DNA of 64,000 nt, taken from Deltaproteobacteria bacterium (GTDB lineage: Bacteria > Desulfobacterota > Syntrophia > Syntrophales > UBA2210). The number at the start of each line of letters is the position of its first letter. Position 1 is the first letter of the stretch. Below, one piece after another: positions 18,345-29,200 of the stretch. The notes beneath the pieces were generated by a model, which searched no databases, was not told the origin of the DNA, and was given only the letters and a program-made list of their open reading frames with translations. The stretch covers positions 3,779 to 67,778 of the forward strand of contig JAFGBH010000005.1 in the NCBI GenBank assembly GCA_016933215.1. The letters are read 5' to 3'. A program made the translations under genes and the position numbers.

Positions 18345-19535
18345 TTATCGCTTCGGTTTTGGTCCCGCCGTTCGCGAAGGCCTTGCTCTTTGAGGTGCTT
18401 TCTTCGGGACGGGCTTTTTATCCTTTATTCCGGTTTTCGGTGCGGTGCTGTTTTTTTCCCGCTCTCCGAGCCATTTTACAATCTTGGGTACAAATTCCTT
18501 CTGTGTTTTGCCACTGACGTAAATTCCTATATGACCCGTATCGAGACATACATCTTCCGTATCTGTGCTTCCCACCTTGCTCGTGAGCACTTCAGCGGCC
18601 CCCGGTGGGACGAGATGATCGTACTGCCCGTATATATTTAACACCGGCATGGTAATCTTTTTCAGATTGACTCGTTTACCACCCAGTTTCATCCTGCTCT
18701 TTATCAGAAGGTTTTTCTGATAGCAATCCTTTACAAACTGCCGGAATGTCTCGCCAGGCACATCGGGACTGTCAAAAATCCATTTTTCCATGCGAATGAA
18801 ATTTTCCACAAATGTCTTGTTATCCATATTTTCAAGAAAACCGACATATTTATCGATCATCAGGCGTGCCGGATTAAGCAGAAGGAACCCGAAGTTCATC
18901 ATGTCTCCCGGCATATTGCCGAAAGCATCGATCATGCGGTCCGCATCGATATTCCGCATCCATATATGGAGGAGACCCTGGTCGGTATCGAAATTGGTGG
19001 GGCATACGGTGGTGATAAGGTTCTTGATCTTTTCGGGGTGGAGTGCCGCGTACATGACGCAAAAACTACCTCCCATGCAGATCCCCATCAGGTTAATTTT
19101 CTCGAATCCTGTATGCTGACGGATAAAATCAATAACATTGTCCATATACCCGTTCACATGATCGTCGATGGTGAGGAACTTGTCCTTTCGTGTGGGATAG
19201 CCCCAGTCGATCATGTAGAGGTCGACGCCCGCTTTCTGAAAACTATCGACGACGCTCCTCCCGGGCTGAAGATCAAGCATGGTTTCTCTGTTAATGAGAG
19301 CATAGACGACGACAAGTGGCGTTGTGACACCATCCCTTCCCACGCTGGTGGGGGCATAATGCTTCAATTTTACCCTGTCTTCCTCATAGACGATCTCGTA
19401 AGGGGTGGATGCGATCGATGTGTCGAGCTGACCGAGAAGAATGTCCGACGCCTTCTGAACGCGGTCCTGCACCTTCTCGGCATCCTCGGCAAGGTGTCTC
19501 AGGATAGTATCGACGGGTATTTTGGGTTGTTCCAT
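18345..19535 (-). CDS. phaC: Class III PHA synthase catalytic subunit PhaC, with Lys/Pro-rich C-terminal tail
   Basis: 396 aa. INLMGICMGGSF lipase box and LDTGHIGIYVSG His. Size and order (phaE then phaC) match class III. About 39 extra C-terminal residues: EREKNSTAPKTGIKDKKPVPKKAPQRARPSRTAGPKPKR. Confidence 0.9.
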   Translation of the reverse strand: MEQPKIPVDTILRHLAEDAEKVQDRVQKASDILLGQLDTSIASTPYEIVYEEDRVKLKHYAPTSVGRDGVTTPLVVVYALINRETMLDLQPGRSVVDSFQKAGVDLYMIDWGYPTRKDKFLTIDDHVNGYMDNVIDFIRQHTGFEKINLMGICMGGSFCVMYAALHPEKIKNLITTVCPTNFDTDQGLLHIWMRNIDADRMIDAFGNMPGDMMNFGFLLLNPARLMIDKYVGFLENMDNKTFVENFIRMEKWIFDSPDVPGETFRQFVKDCYQKNLLIKSRMKLGGKRVNLKKITMPVLNIYGQYDHLVPPGAAEVLTSKVGSTDTEDVCLDTGHIGIYVSGKTQKEFVPKIVKWLGEREKNSTAPKTGIKDKKPVPKKAPQRARPSRTAGPKPKR

Positions 19536-19562
19536 CTGCTGTCCTCCTGAAGAGAGGCTCCA

Positions 19563-20459
19563 CTAATCTTTGCTTTGGTCCTTTTCCAGTTTTCTTACCT
19601 TCTTTTTCAAGTGATAAATCTCCCGGTATAACTCGTCCATTTCCCTCGTAGTCGGTACCGGAACCGACTGGAGAGAATCCTGGAGTATCTGATCGCGTGC
19701 ACTCAGATAATCTTCAAAGGTATTGAGGGTTTCACTGAGAGTCTCTGCATATTCGGGTGATTTAAAGAGGGTCATATAGTGACCTTCTAAAATCTTGATC
19801 CACATGCGATAGTAATCCTGCGAGTTTTCGGGTAACCGGCCCTCTTTTGTCAGTTCTTCAAGCTTCTGCTGCAAAACCTTGACCGATTTCTCGATCGGGA
19901 GATAGAGAAGACGGAGAAATTCGGCAAATGATATCTGAAAGGTATGGTATTTATCGAGGGTATCATCAAGGCGTTCCTGATAAAAGCGTGTGAGACCAAG
20001 CTGAGGGACCTTGAAAAAGGGACTCAATTCTTTCTCGTAGATATCGGCACAGACCCTGAAAATGTTCTCATCCAGCTTATCGAACTTGAAGGCCTCCGTG
20101 TCCTCTCCTATCCGCCCCAGTTTCTCCATAATCTGTTGCTGAATGCGAAAATATCCTTCCCAGACGGAACCGATTGTTCTCGTTATTATTTCGGGAACGG
20201 CAGCGGCGCCCTTCGTCACTGCATCCATTGCTTTGGGTTCCCTCAGGACCGAGGACATGGTTGACCACATTTTCATGGTCGATTCAAATGATTCCTGAAA
20301 TTTATTGTCAGTCTTTTTCTGGAAGCCCTCGGGCATCCCGTAGGTGTCGGAAGAAGAGGGGCCTGGAAGAGCCGTCGATTTCCAGAACTCATCAGCCGTC
20401 TTCATCCATGCCTCGAGAAGTGACCCGTACATCGCCTCATGACCTTTGCCTTGATTCAT
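19563..20459 (-). CDS. phaE: Class III PHA synthase subunit PhaE
   Basis: 298 aa, 27 nt upstream of phaC. C-terminal block VPVPTTREMDELYREIYHLKKKVRKLEK is typical of PhaE (PF09712). Confidence 0.85.
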   Translation of the reverse strand: MNQGKGHEAMYGSLLEAWMKTADEFWKSTALPGPSSSDTYGMPEGFQKKTDNKFQESFESTMKMWSTMSSVLREPKAMDAVTKGAAAVPEIITRTIGSVWEGYFRIQQQIMEKLGRIGEDTEAFKFDKLDENIFRVCADIYEKELSPFFKVPQLGLTRFYQERLDDTLDKYHTFQISFAEFLRLLYLPIEKSVKVLQQKLEELTKEGRLPENSQDYYRMWIKILEGHYMTLFKSPEYAETLSETLNTFEDYLSARDQILQDSLQSVPVPTTREMDELYREIYHLKKKVRKLEKDQSKD

Positions 20460-20578
20460 CCCTGCCCTCGCCTAAGTACCTAAATAATTGCATAAATTAT
20501 TATGAAGGTCAATCTTTTCCCTCTCCCTTTCTTAACAAAGGGTTGTCTCGCCTGGTCTCCTTTGTTTTAGCCTTTCAC

Positions 20579-21397
20579 CTAAAAGTCGTGCAGTTTCTCG
20601 GGGACAAAATCCGTTTTGACCTCCTTTACACCGGGGAGGGCCTTTACCGCGTCAACCAGCCTGTCTCTCGACTCGAGGGCGTTAATCATGCCAATGATGA
20701 TAACGATGCCAAGCTCGGGAACCTCTACGTTGAAATCGCGAGGTCTCATGGCCGTTTTCCTGATTTCGGCCTCGACGTTTTTTAAAAGGGAGAGACGTTT
20801 CATGGCGTCGATCGAATCGATACCGCATACATTGAGTGCCTCGGAACGTGAGGTGGCGATAATCAGTTCGACCGCTCCCTCAAGCCCGAGTTTGTCCCTG
20901 TTGATGGTAAGGTCATAGAGGGAAGGGTCGTTGAGATCCATGTTAAAGGCGAATTTCATAAAACCGGTCCGATCACTGTCGCTCTTCTGAATCATTTTTT
21001 CTGCCGTCCGTCGCTCCAGGTTCATGCTTTCCATCAGATGTGTAATGCGCGAGGAGAGGGAGGCGTGGATGCTGATGTGAAAGGCACACCCGAAATCCCT
21101 GAGAAGAAAGGGTGCCCCATGGCCGAGAATGATTCCTTCCCCGCGACCTGCCACTTCATAGACCACCGCCTCCATCAGTTCCTGATATGTCTGAGGTTTG
21201 AGGTCCAGAAGCCGGCTGAGAAGACCCGGGGCCTTTTCATCAAGGCTCTTCAGATCTTTCTTCGACAGTCCCGATGCGAGGGCCTCTTTTTGAAGCCTTT
21301 CGTCGTCGTAAAGTTCAACCTTGATCTCATCGGCAACTCGCTGGGCTATCAGATGTCCCTCGCACCCGATACCCGTGGTTATGGTAATAAGTGACAT
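20579..21397 (-). CDS. Cytidylate kinase-like family protein fused to a C-terminal BON-like domain
   Basis: 272 aa. The N-terminal ~200 aa resemble PF13189 (MSLITITTGIGCEGHLIAQRVADEIKVELYDDERL...). The C-terminus FNVEVPELGIVIIIGMINALESRDRLVDAVKALPGVKEVKTDF looks like a BON domain. Confidence 0.6.
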   Translation of the reverse strand: MSLITITTGIGCEGHLIAQRVADEIKVELYDDERLQKEALASGLSKKDLKSLDEKAPGLLSRLLDLKPQTYQELMEAVVYEVAGRGEGIILGHGAPFLLRDFGCAFHISIHASLSSRITHLMESMNLERRTAEKMIQKSDSDRTGFMKFAFNMDLNDPSLYDLTINRDKLGLEGAVELIIATSRSEALNVCGIDSIDAMKRLSLLKNVEAEIRKTAMRPRDFNVEVPELGIVIIIGMINALESRDRLVDAVKALPGVKEVKTDFVPEKLHDF

Positions 21398-21417
21398 GGC
21401 CTGTTCTCCTTTTCTCT

Positions 21418-21732
21418 TTAGGTCATTACATCTTCAGCCCAGCTGAGTGCAGCGGCGACAGTGGGAAATCCGATGGTGCTTGTCAGGATTCTGAGGGCGT
21501 GACGCACCTCCTCCGGTTTTGCTCCTGCTTTCAGGGCCCTCCGTGTGTGGCTGTGCACGGCTCCTTCGGAGCGGATAGCGGTTGCGGCCGCAAGCTGGAT
21601 GAGATGGGTTGTTTTTTCATTAAGGGGACCCTCTTCCTTTGCGACCTTTCCCAACCGTTCGACGGCATTGAAGAATTTTTTATTTTCTTTCCTGATGTGC
21701 TGGTAACGCGCCGGTAATTTTTCTCCTGCCAT
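21418..21732 (-). CDS. Carboxymuconolactone decarboxylase (AhpD-like) family protein
   Basis: 104 aa. LNEKTTHLIQLAAATAIRSEGAVHSHTRRALKAGAKPEEVRHAL is typical of the CMD family. Confidence 0.8.
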   Translation of the reverse strand: MAGEKLPARYQHIRKENKKFFNAVERLGKVAKEEGPLNEKTTHLIQLAAATAIRSEGAVHSHTRRALKAGAKPEEVRHALRILTSTIGFPTVAAALSWAEDVMT

Positions 21733-21751
21733 GATGTCCTCCTTCTATCGG

Positions 21752-22492
21752 TTATTTGAAAACCTTTTTAAGAAGATCGGTAACACGTGCGGCCGGATCG
21801 GTGCGGATTTTTGCCTCCTCTTCGGCGAGCATCAGAAAAAGACCGTCCAGTGACCGCTCTGTCACATACGTATCGAGGTCAACACTAAGACTTCCTGCGA
21901 AGGGAATCGTTTGTACTTTTTCATGCAGGTTCTGGTATGCGCGGGTTGCACCCACCTCCGACATGGAACTTTTTACCATCGGCTTGAAGATCTCCTCGAG
22001 TTTCCCGTAGGTTTTGTCCTTGAAGTAGAGGGTGGCTTCATTCTCGCTTCCCTTGAGGATCCTTTGTGCATCCGTTATGGTCATTTCACCGATGGCCTCC
22101 ACGAAGATTGTCTGTGCTGCCGGTGCCGCCTGTTCTGCGGCACGGTTCATGCTCTTCTCGAAGGTGTCAACCTGTGTTCCGTATCCTGCAACCCTCAGGA
22201 GCTTTTCCACCTTCTCGACCGGTCCGGGAAGTGGTATCCTGATTTTGGGGTTATCGTAATATCCGTTTACCCGTGACACGGTCCCGATTGCCTTTTCTGT
22301 GCCAATTTGAAGCGCCTCTTTGAGTCCCTGAATCATTTCGCTCTCAGTCGTGATTTTTTCTCCCTTCAGCATTTCCCCCACTGTATCTTTAAGAAAGTCT
22401 CCGAATTTACCGTATGAAGAGGTGGAGGCACATACAAAAAGCAACACGAAAAAAAGGTTGAGGACCACATGGATTTGCTTTTTACTTTGCAT
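21752..22492 (-). CDS. DUF4197 domain protein (secreted)
   Basis: 246 aa. Signal peptide, then GLKEALQIGTEKAIGTVSRVNGYYDNPKIRIPLP...ATLYFKDKTY, typical of DUF4197. Confidence 0.75.
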   Translation of the reverse strand: MQSKKQIHVVLNLFFVLLFVCASTSSYGKFGDFLKDTVGEMLKGEKITTESEMIQGLKEALQIGTEKAIGTVSRVNGYYDNPKIRIPLPGPVEKVEKLLRVAGYGTQVDTFEKSMNRAAEQAAPAAQTIFVEAIGEMTITDAQRILKGSENEATLYFKDKTYGKLEEIFKPMVKSSMSEVGATRAYQNLHEKVQTIPFAGSLSVDLDTYVTERSLDGLFLMLAEEEAKIRTDPAARVTDLLKKVFK

Positions 22493-22519
22493 CGTCAGGC
22501 CTCCTTTTCAGGGTAATTC

Positions 22520-22569
22520 TTGACCGGGGGCGCCCCCGCAAGCCCCGCCCTGTGAGCGGGGAGCTTCAC
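22520..22569 (-). repeat. GC-rich palindromic repeat, unit copy B1
   Basis: The reverse complement reads gtgaagctCCCCGCtcacaGGGCGGGGcttgcgggggcgcccccggtcaa. Lies between the AsmA gene and the DUF4197 gene. Confidence 0.8.
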
Positions 22570-22597
22570 TATGGAGATCGAGCCCTCCCTCCAATCC

Positions 22598-24598
22598 CTA
22601 TTGGCTTTTGAAAAGACCTTTCATAAGGTCCTTCGCCCCTTCTTCCAGGGATTTCGTCTCACCCTCCAGGCTTTTCTGAAGGGTTTCCTTGATATCCTCA
22701 GGCTTGGGGAGTTTTCCCTCGAGCCCCTGTTTCAGAAGGCTCTTGAGGTCCGGAGCAAATTTAGGTGACGAAAAGGTGCCCGTGACGAGGACGGGGACTG
22801 TGATACCCGAACGATCGGCCATGTCGCCCTGTCCTTTCAGGGTGGTGACGAATTTCGGTTCTATTCTGAAGTCCAGGGTTTCCTTCGGGATATCCGCATC
22901 GCCTTTTGCAGTGACCCGAATAAGGGGCGACGTGAGCTTCGTCTCCTGTGTCGACACCACCCCTTTTGCGGCGGTGAAGGGTACACGAAGTTCGGAAAAG
23001 TCGGTGCGCGGTTTTTCTCCCCCTGTCTCGGCAAGACCGAAGGCCGCTTTTGCGTTTCGCACCATTCCCGCCAGGTCTATCCCCTTGATGGCGCCGTCAT
23101 TGAAGAGGAGTTCTCCCCCTCCGCTCAGAGATTTCTTGATTACCTCGGCGTTATCCCCCGACATCTGAAGGGCCAGATCGGCCTTAACGGTGCCTTCGAG
23201 GAAGTCCTTATCCATAACGTCCCTGAGAAACGGATTGACCTGAATGCCGTCGGTCGTGATGTCAACGTTAGTTTTTGGTGTGTCCTCCTTAACATTGAGC
23301 AGACCCTTTATAGCGGCACTTCCCCCGTAGAGATCAAGTGTCGCAGGTTCCAGTGTGAAGACGCCATTCCGCCCGGTGCATTTGATGCTGAGGTTCTGGA
23401 TACGGGCGTTACTTATTTTCAGGTTCCCGATTGTTGCGGCACCGTCCAGGACGAGTTTTCGAAGCGGTGTGTAGTCGGTCTTTTCCCGGCCCGACGGCTT
23501 TGCTTCCGCCTCCTTTTTGTCACCCCCATTTTCCGGAGGGGGAAGGTACCGATCGAGATCAATGCCGTCCAGGGCAAGATCAAATGTTATGTTCGGCTTA
23601 TCAAGTTCTTTGATGCCGGCAGAAAAATTAAGTGTTGAATCATCAAGGACGAGCGTACCTTTGGAGACCGACACCGCGTCAGGTGTGCCCTTCATCCCTG
23701 CTTTGAAAGATACTTTCTCTATCACCTTCGGGTCTTTCGTCTTTACGGGGAAGGGGAGGTCGAGACGCTCCATCAGTTTTTTTGGAGAAAAGGGTGAGAC
23801 CGCAATGGTCAGATCAAACTGGGGTTTTTCCGCAGGGCTGGTAATAATGCCCGAAAGGGCCAGAGCTATCTCTTCAAGCGCCTGCGCCTTGAGATCAAGC
23901 GGTATGATTCCTTTCCCCGGATCCTTTCCCACTGGCCCTATGGTTCCCTCCAGAGATACCGGGTTTTTGTCCACCAGTGACGAAACGAAAAGCGTGATGG
24001 GTTTATCAAGAGACACGTCCTCGAGACGAATCGTGAGATCCGTTATTTCACGGCGCTCCCCTTTGGTGTGATCGAGCCAGAGGACCGATCCCTTTGTGAT
24101 GGCAAGCTCTCCCAGAATAAAGTCTTTGATGGGAAGCCCTCCTGCCTTTTCCCCTTCAGCTTTTTTTTCTTTTACCCCCTCTTTTGCTTCGGCTGGTGGA
24201 GGTCCCAGACCTTCCCAGCTCGTTCGGCCGTCCTTCCCTGTCTCCAGGACGATCCTGGCACCTTCCACCATGAATCGCTTCACCTGGATGTCCCTGGTGA
24301 TAAGCGGGAGAAGTTTGACCCTCACTTCGAAGGACTCGATGCTCACAAAGTCCTTTTCTTCAAAACCCTCGGGATTTCCCAGGTGCAGATCGGAAAAGGA
24401 GATTCCCGCCCAGGGGAAGAGGGATAGATCGAAATCACCGCCAAGGGTGAAGGGGCGTCCCGTTGCCTCGGTGACCTTTCTTTCGAGCTGGGGTTTATAC
24501 TTCTGGATATCCACGAATTGAGGCACGATGATGAGTGCCGCGATTACGAGGACGATGAGAACCCCACAGACAATCAATGCCCATTTTATGGCCTTCAT
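22598..24598 (-). CDS. AsmA-family outer-membrane biogenesis protein
   Basis: 666 aa. N-terminal anchor MKAIKWALIVCGVLIVLVIAALIIVPQF followed by the AsmA-type region (KPQLERKVTEATGRPFTLGGDFDLSLFPWAGISFSDLHLGNP). Confidence 0.85.
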   Translation of the reverse strand: MKAIKWALIVCGVLIVLVIAALIIVPQFVDIQKYKPQLERKVTEATGRPFTLGGDFDLSLFPWAGISFSDLHLGNPEGFEEKDFVSIESFEVRVKLLPLITRDIQVKRFMVEGARIVLETGKDGRTSWEGLGPPPAEAKEGVKEKKAEGEKAGGLPIKDFILGELAITKGSVLWLDHTKGERREITDLTIRLEDVSLDKPITLFVSSLVDKNPVSLEGTIGPVGKDPGKGIIPLDLKAQALEEIALALSGIITSPAEKPQFDLTIAVSPFSPKKLMERLDLPFPVKTKDPKVIEKVSFKAGMKGTPDAVSVSKGTLVLDDSTLNFSAGIKELDKPNITFDLALDGIDLDRYLPPPENGGDKKEAEAKPSGREKTDYTPLRKLVLDGAATIGNLKISNARIQNLSIKCTGRNGVFTLEPATLDLYGGSAAIKGLLNVKEDTPKTNVDITTDGIQVNPFLRDVMDKDFLEGTVKADLALQMSGDNAEVIKKSLSGGGELLFNDGAIKGIDLAGMVRNAKAAFGLAETGGEKPRTDFSELRVPFTAAKGVVSTQETKLTSPLIRVTAKGDADIPKETLDFRIEPKFVTTLKGQGDMADRSGITVPVLVTGTFSSPKFAPDLKSLLKQGLEGKLPKPEDIKETLQKSLEGETKSLEEGAKDLMKGLFKSQ

Positions 24599-24809
24599 GG
24601 TTAACCTCCTGAAAGCTTTAGCTATACGTCTCTGTTGCGTTTATCTTTTATGCGCTCTGTGCAGTGTCTGGTGTCGACTTTTTGAACCTGACATGAGAAA
24701 AGGGAGCCTCTTTGCCCTATGAGAAGGATACGTAAAAATGGAAGGAAATTTTAACATTTGCAGGTGCTCGCGTCAAATAGATATTTTATATCTCTTCGAA
24801 AGGGCGTAA

Positions 24810-24972
24810 ATCTGACCAGCGCGAGAAAGAGAGGAATAAATCTTTTGAGTTGTATCACCGGAGTCGGTACTCTCAGGAATATGAACTCAACGCTCGGAGA
24901 TTCCCCGCAACATGTCGGAGCAAAAGCGGAGATCCCGCTTATACAGGATTGCGGGGAACTTTAATGAATGGG
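24810..24972 (-). repeat. Dispersed intergenic repeat, long form, copy A3
   Basis: atctgaccagcgcgag...gaataaatctttt ... ctcggagaTTCCCCGCAAcatgtcggagcaaaagcggagatcccgcttatacaggaTTGCGGGGAActttaatgaatgg. 10-bp stem 24901-24910 / 24949-24958. Lies in the 510-nt gap upstream of the RND operon. Confidence 0.65.
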
Positions 24973-25108
24973 AAATCAAATTGACAAGGGAAAGGGTATA
25001 AAACGCTTTTTATTTTATCGCTCTTCATGGTAATCTGCATACTTAGTGCTTGCTTTTCCTTATGTCTATAAAATGGCATCGGGGAAAACGACGAAAATGA
25101 GGTGAGAA

Positions 25109-26224
25109 ATGGTGGTCGCAACCAATGGGTGGAGAAGGTTTGTCATTTCAGTGATTCTTGTCATCGCCGTTTTCCTGTCATTCATCGCAGCGAATGCTGA
25201 AGAAAAAGTCACGGCGGCTCCGCCTGTCACGGCATCGGTGCCGATAGAGACCATGACCGTTCAGGCACAGGATCTTCCCATTGTTATCGAAACAGTGGGG
25301 CGAATACGACCCGATCGTGAAGTCCTTATTAGTGCCGAGATTCCGGGGAAAATTGAAAGTTATGGGGCCGACGTCGGTGACAGGGTTACAAAGAATCAGC
25401 TTCTGGTAGAGATCGAACCCACCGACTACCGGCTTGCCCTCCGGGAGGCCGAAGCCAACCTCACCGCGGCGATGATCCATCTTTCTTCAACCCGGAAGGC
25501 CTATGAGCGTTTTCAGACACTCCTCCCGAAAAAGGTCATTTCGCAGGATAATTTTGACAAGGTAGAAGCGGAATTCGAGGCCGCACAGGCACGGAAGGAA
25601 CAGGCCGAGGTAGGGGTTGCAATTACCCGTGAACGCCTGGCGAAGGCGAGCATACGGGCGCCCTTTTCGGGGATGGTGGCTAAAAGGCATATTGAAAAGG
25701 GACAGTGGATCGCCGCCGGGATGCCGATGATGAGTATCCTGGATCTCAGAAGGGTGAGGGCCAAGGTTTTTTTGACCGAAAAGGATTTTGTTCACATCGA
25801 CCGCGAGGACCCCGTGAAAATTGTTGCCGAGGCGCATCCCGAGAGGTCGCTCTCGGGTTCCATCGACAGGATCGATATCGAGGCTGATACCATGACCAAT
25901 ACCTTCGGCGTTGAAATCCTCGTCGATAACCCCGCCACCATCCTGAAGGCGGGGATGTCGGTTCGAACCTTTATTACCGTTCGTGTCCTCAGGGATATCA
26001 TACTCATCCCCCAGAACGTTGTCATTTTCCGCGACAGGGGAACTGAGGTTTTTATTGTCGGGGATGACGGAAAGGCCGAAGTCCGGGCTGTGAAGCTGGG
26101 ACAGAGAAGCGGCAATCTCATTCAGGTAACGGAGGGTCTCGGTGTCGGGGACAGGCTCATCGTCAAGGGACAGAATTACGTCAAAACGGGGACTGTTGTA
26201 ACCGTCTCATTAACCCATCAGTAG
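25109..26224 (+). CDS. Efflux RND periplasmic adaptor (membrane fusion protein)
   Basis: 371 aa. Typical HlyD_D23 architecture with a coiled-coil hairpin (LALREAEANLTAA...FEAAQARKEQAEVGVAITRERLAKASIRAPFSGMV). Confidence 0.9.
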   Translation: MVVATNGWRRFVISVILVIAVFLSFIAANAEEKVTAAPPVTASVPIETMTVQAQDLPIVIETVGRIRPDREVLISAEIPGKIESYGADVGDRVTKNQLLVEIEPTDYRLALREAEANLTAAMIHLSSTRKAYERFQTLLPKKVISQDNFDKVEAEFEAAQARKEQAEVGVAITRERLAKASIRAPFSGMVAKRHIEKGQWIAAGMPMMSILDLRRVRAKVFLTEKDFVHIDREDPVKIVAEAHPERSLSGSIDRIDIEADTMTNTFGVEILVDNPATILKAGMSVRTFITVRVLRDIILIPQNVVIFRDRGTEVFIVGDDGKAEVRAVKLGQRSGNLIQVTEGLGVGDRLIVKGQNYVKTGTVVTVSLTHQ

Positions 26225-26234
26225 GCCGGATAGG

Positions 26235-29200
26235 ATGAAATTTTTTCGTTTTATCATCCAGTATGCACGAATATTTACACTCCTGGTAATTATTCTCCCT
26301 GTCGTGGCAGGTGTGGCGGCGTACCTGAATCTGCCGAAGGAAGGTTCGCCCGAGATCGTGGTCCCTGTAGCCCTCGTTATTACACCCTATGTGGGCGCCT
26401 CCCCGTTGGAGGTGGAACGTCTCGTCACCAATCCCCTCGAAGATGCCCTCTCTGATCTTTCCGATATGAAGGAGATGCGGTCCTACTCCGCCGAGAGTGT
26501 CTCGATAATCGTAACCGAATTCGATATCGAGGCCGACATGGAGCAGATGCTCCAGAAGCTGCGGGACAAGGTGGCCGAGGCCCGGAAGGAGCTTCCCGAT
26601 GACGTTGAGGATACGGAAGTTGAAGAGATAAATTTTACCGAAATTCCGATCATGCTCATCTCCATCGTTGGGGATATGGACCCCCTGCGGCTTAAACGCC
26701 TTGCCGAGGATGCGGCCGATGAATTGAAGCTCCTGCCCGAGGTCCTCGATACGGAAGTGGCGGGGGGGCTGACGCGAGAGATCAATATCTATCTCGATCC
26801 CGTTCGTATCAATCAGTTCGGGCTCACCATCCTTGACGTGCTCGGTGCCGTCAGGACCTCCGATATCAGCATACCCGGGGGAACCATTACCGTCTCAGAC
26901 AGAAAATTTACCCTGAGAAGCTTCACCGAGGTGAAGAAGGTCTCCGACTACGCCATGATACCCCTCGTTGAGAGGGCTGACAGGGTGGTTTTTCTGGGAG
27001 ACGTGGCCGACATAGTCGACGGTCACGACGAGGAAATCTCCTACTCCCGGGTCAAGGGGGAGCCCTCGGTGACGATCGCCGTCACAAAGCGTTCGGGGGC
27101 GAATATTCTCGAAACATCTGATAAGGTGAAGGAAAAAATAAAGGCCCTTGAGACCGAATTTCCCAACGGCGTCTCTGCCGTTGTCACCGCCGACCAGTCC
27201 AAATATATCAAGCAGAGTTTCCAGGTCATGAATAACTCGGCCGTCACGGGACTTATTATTGTCATTATCGTGCTCTGCTTCGCCATGGGGCTTCGAAACT
27301 CGATTATTACCTCCTTTGCCATTCCGCTCTCGCTTCTCATGACCTTTATCCTCCTCACTATCTTCGGTCTCACCAATAATGACATGGTCCGTTTTTCCCT
27401 CGTGCTCTGCATCGGGCTTTTGGTAGACAATGCGATTATTGTCGTGGAGAGCGCCTATTATCACTACCAGCTCGGCAAGGACCGCATTACCGCCATCGTT
27501 GACGGCGTGTCCGAAGTGGCGCTCCCCGTCGTATCGGCCACGCTTACCACGATATCCGCCTTTCTCCCCATGCTGCTCATGACGGGAGTGACGGGAAAAT
27601 TCATGGGATTCATGCCGAAAACGGTATCCATCGCCCTTCTGTCATCCCTTATTGTTGCCCTCATTGCCAATCCCCTCATCCTCTCCCGTTTCATGGGAAG
27701 GACCGTAAAAACGGGAAGGATCGTAAGCCCCGAAGAAGACCTCCGAAGGTTGAAGCAAATATATAAGAGGGGCGTTGTCTGGGCCCTCAACCACCGGATC
27801 TTTATCATAGTAATCCTGACCGTCGGGATGCTTTCCGTAGGTGCCGTATTCGCTTTCAAGGTGATCAAGGTCGAGATGTTTCCCGACGCCGATTTTGACT
27901 ATATCTACATCACCGTCGAGACGCCGCCGGGAAGCGACGTGGACGTCACAAATGACGTTTCTCTCAGGGTTGAGGATATCATCATGGACAACGTCCCCGA
28001 AGCGGTGCGAGTGGTCTCGACGACAGGGTTCAAGGGGCAGAGCGCCTTTGAGTTCAGTTACGGGGGAACGGAGTCAAACTTCGCGGAGATCACCATCGAA
28101 CTTCTGGAAAACAAGGAATACCGACGGCCGTCGCACAAGGAAATCCAGAGAAGAATCAGGCCTCTACTCGATGCCGTACCGGGGGCGAATATCAGATTCA
28201 GGCCCATCGAATGGGGGCCTCCCACGGGGAGCCCCATCAGCGTGAAACTCTTCGGCCACGATATTGAGACCCTGAACCGTATCAGCGATGATATAAAGAA
28301 CATCCTTGCAGACATTCCGGGAGCGATTGAAATCGAGGACGACTTTCAGAGTGCCCCGCCGGAGCTCAAGGTTCATGTCGACCGTGCCAGGGCAGCCTCT
28401 CTGGGAGTGCCGCTCTCTTCGGTTTCCCAGACACTACGGGGGGCGACTGCAGGTCTCAAGGTAAAAGACTTCAGGGACGAACAGGATGTCTCCAAAAAAT
28501 ATGATCTCACCGTCAGGTTTTCACCGGAATCGAGAAGGAGTGTGGAGCTTCTCGACAGGGTAAAGATTCGTTCAAAGAGCGGGAATCTGGTTCCCCTCGG
28601 CAGTTTTGCCACGGTAAACGAGGGGGCCGGTATCAACCGTCTGAGGCATATCGATCGAAGGCGCGTGGTGAGGATCACGGGACAGAACCGTGATCGTTCC
28701 GCCGTTGAGATCACGAAGGAACTGCAGGACAGACTGGTAGACTATCCGATGCCGAAGGGGTACTATGTCTCCTATGCCGGAGACATCATGGAGACGGAGG
28801 AATCCTTCGCGAGCCTGAGGCTCGCCTACCTTGTTGCCTTTATCCTGATCCTCACGATTCTTGTGGCCCAGTTCAATTCCTTTTTTCAACCCTTCGCCAT
28901 CATGGCGGCGCTTCCCCTTTCCGTCCTGGGTGCCATGGCGGGGCTCCTGCTGACGGGGAATAATTTCTCCATCATGAGCTTCATAGGCCTCGTGGGACTC
29001 TCCGGCATTGTCGTGAACGATTCCATCGTCCTCGTCGATCGGATCAACCGGACGCGCCGCAAGGGGAAGGATATATTCGAGGCGATCGTTGAGGCGGGTC
29101 AACACCGTCTCCGCCCCATTATTTCGACGACACTCACCACCATCGGCGGTCTCATCACGCTTACCATTACCGATGAGCTTTGGGAGGGGCTCGGTGTCGT

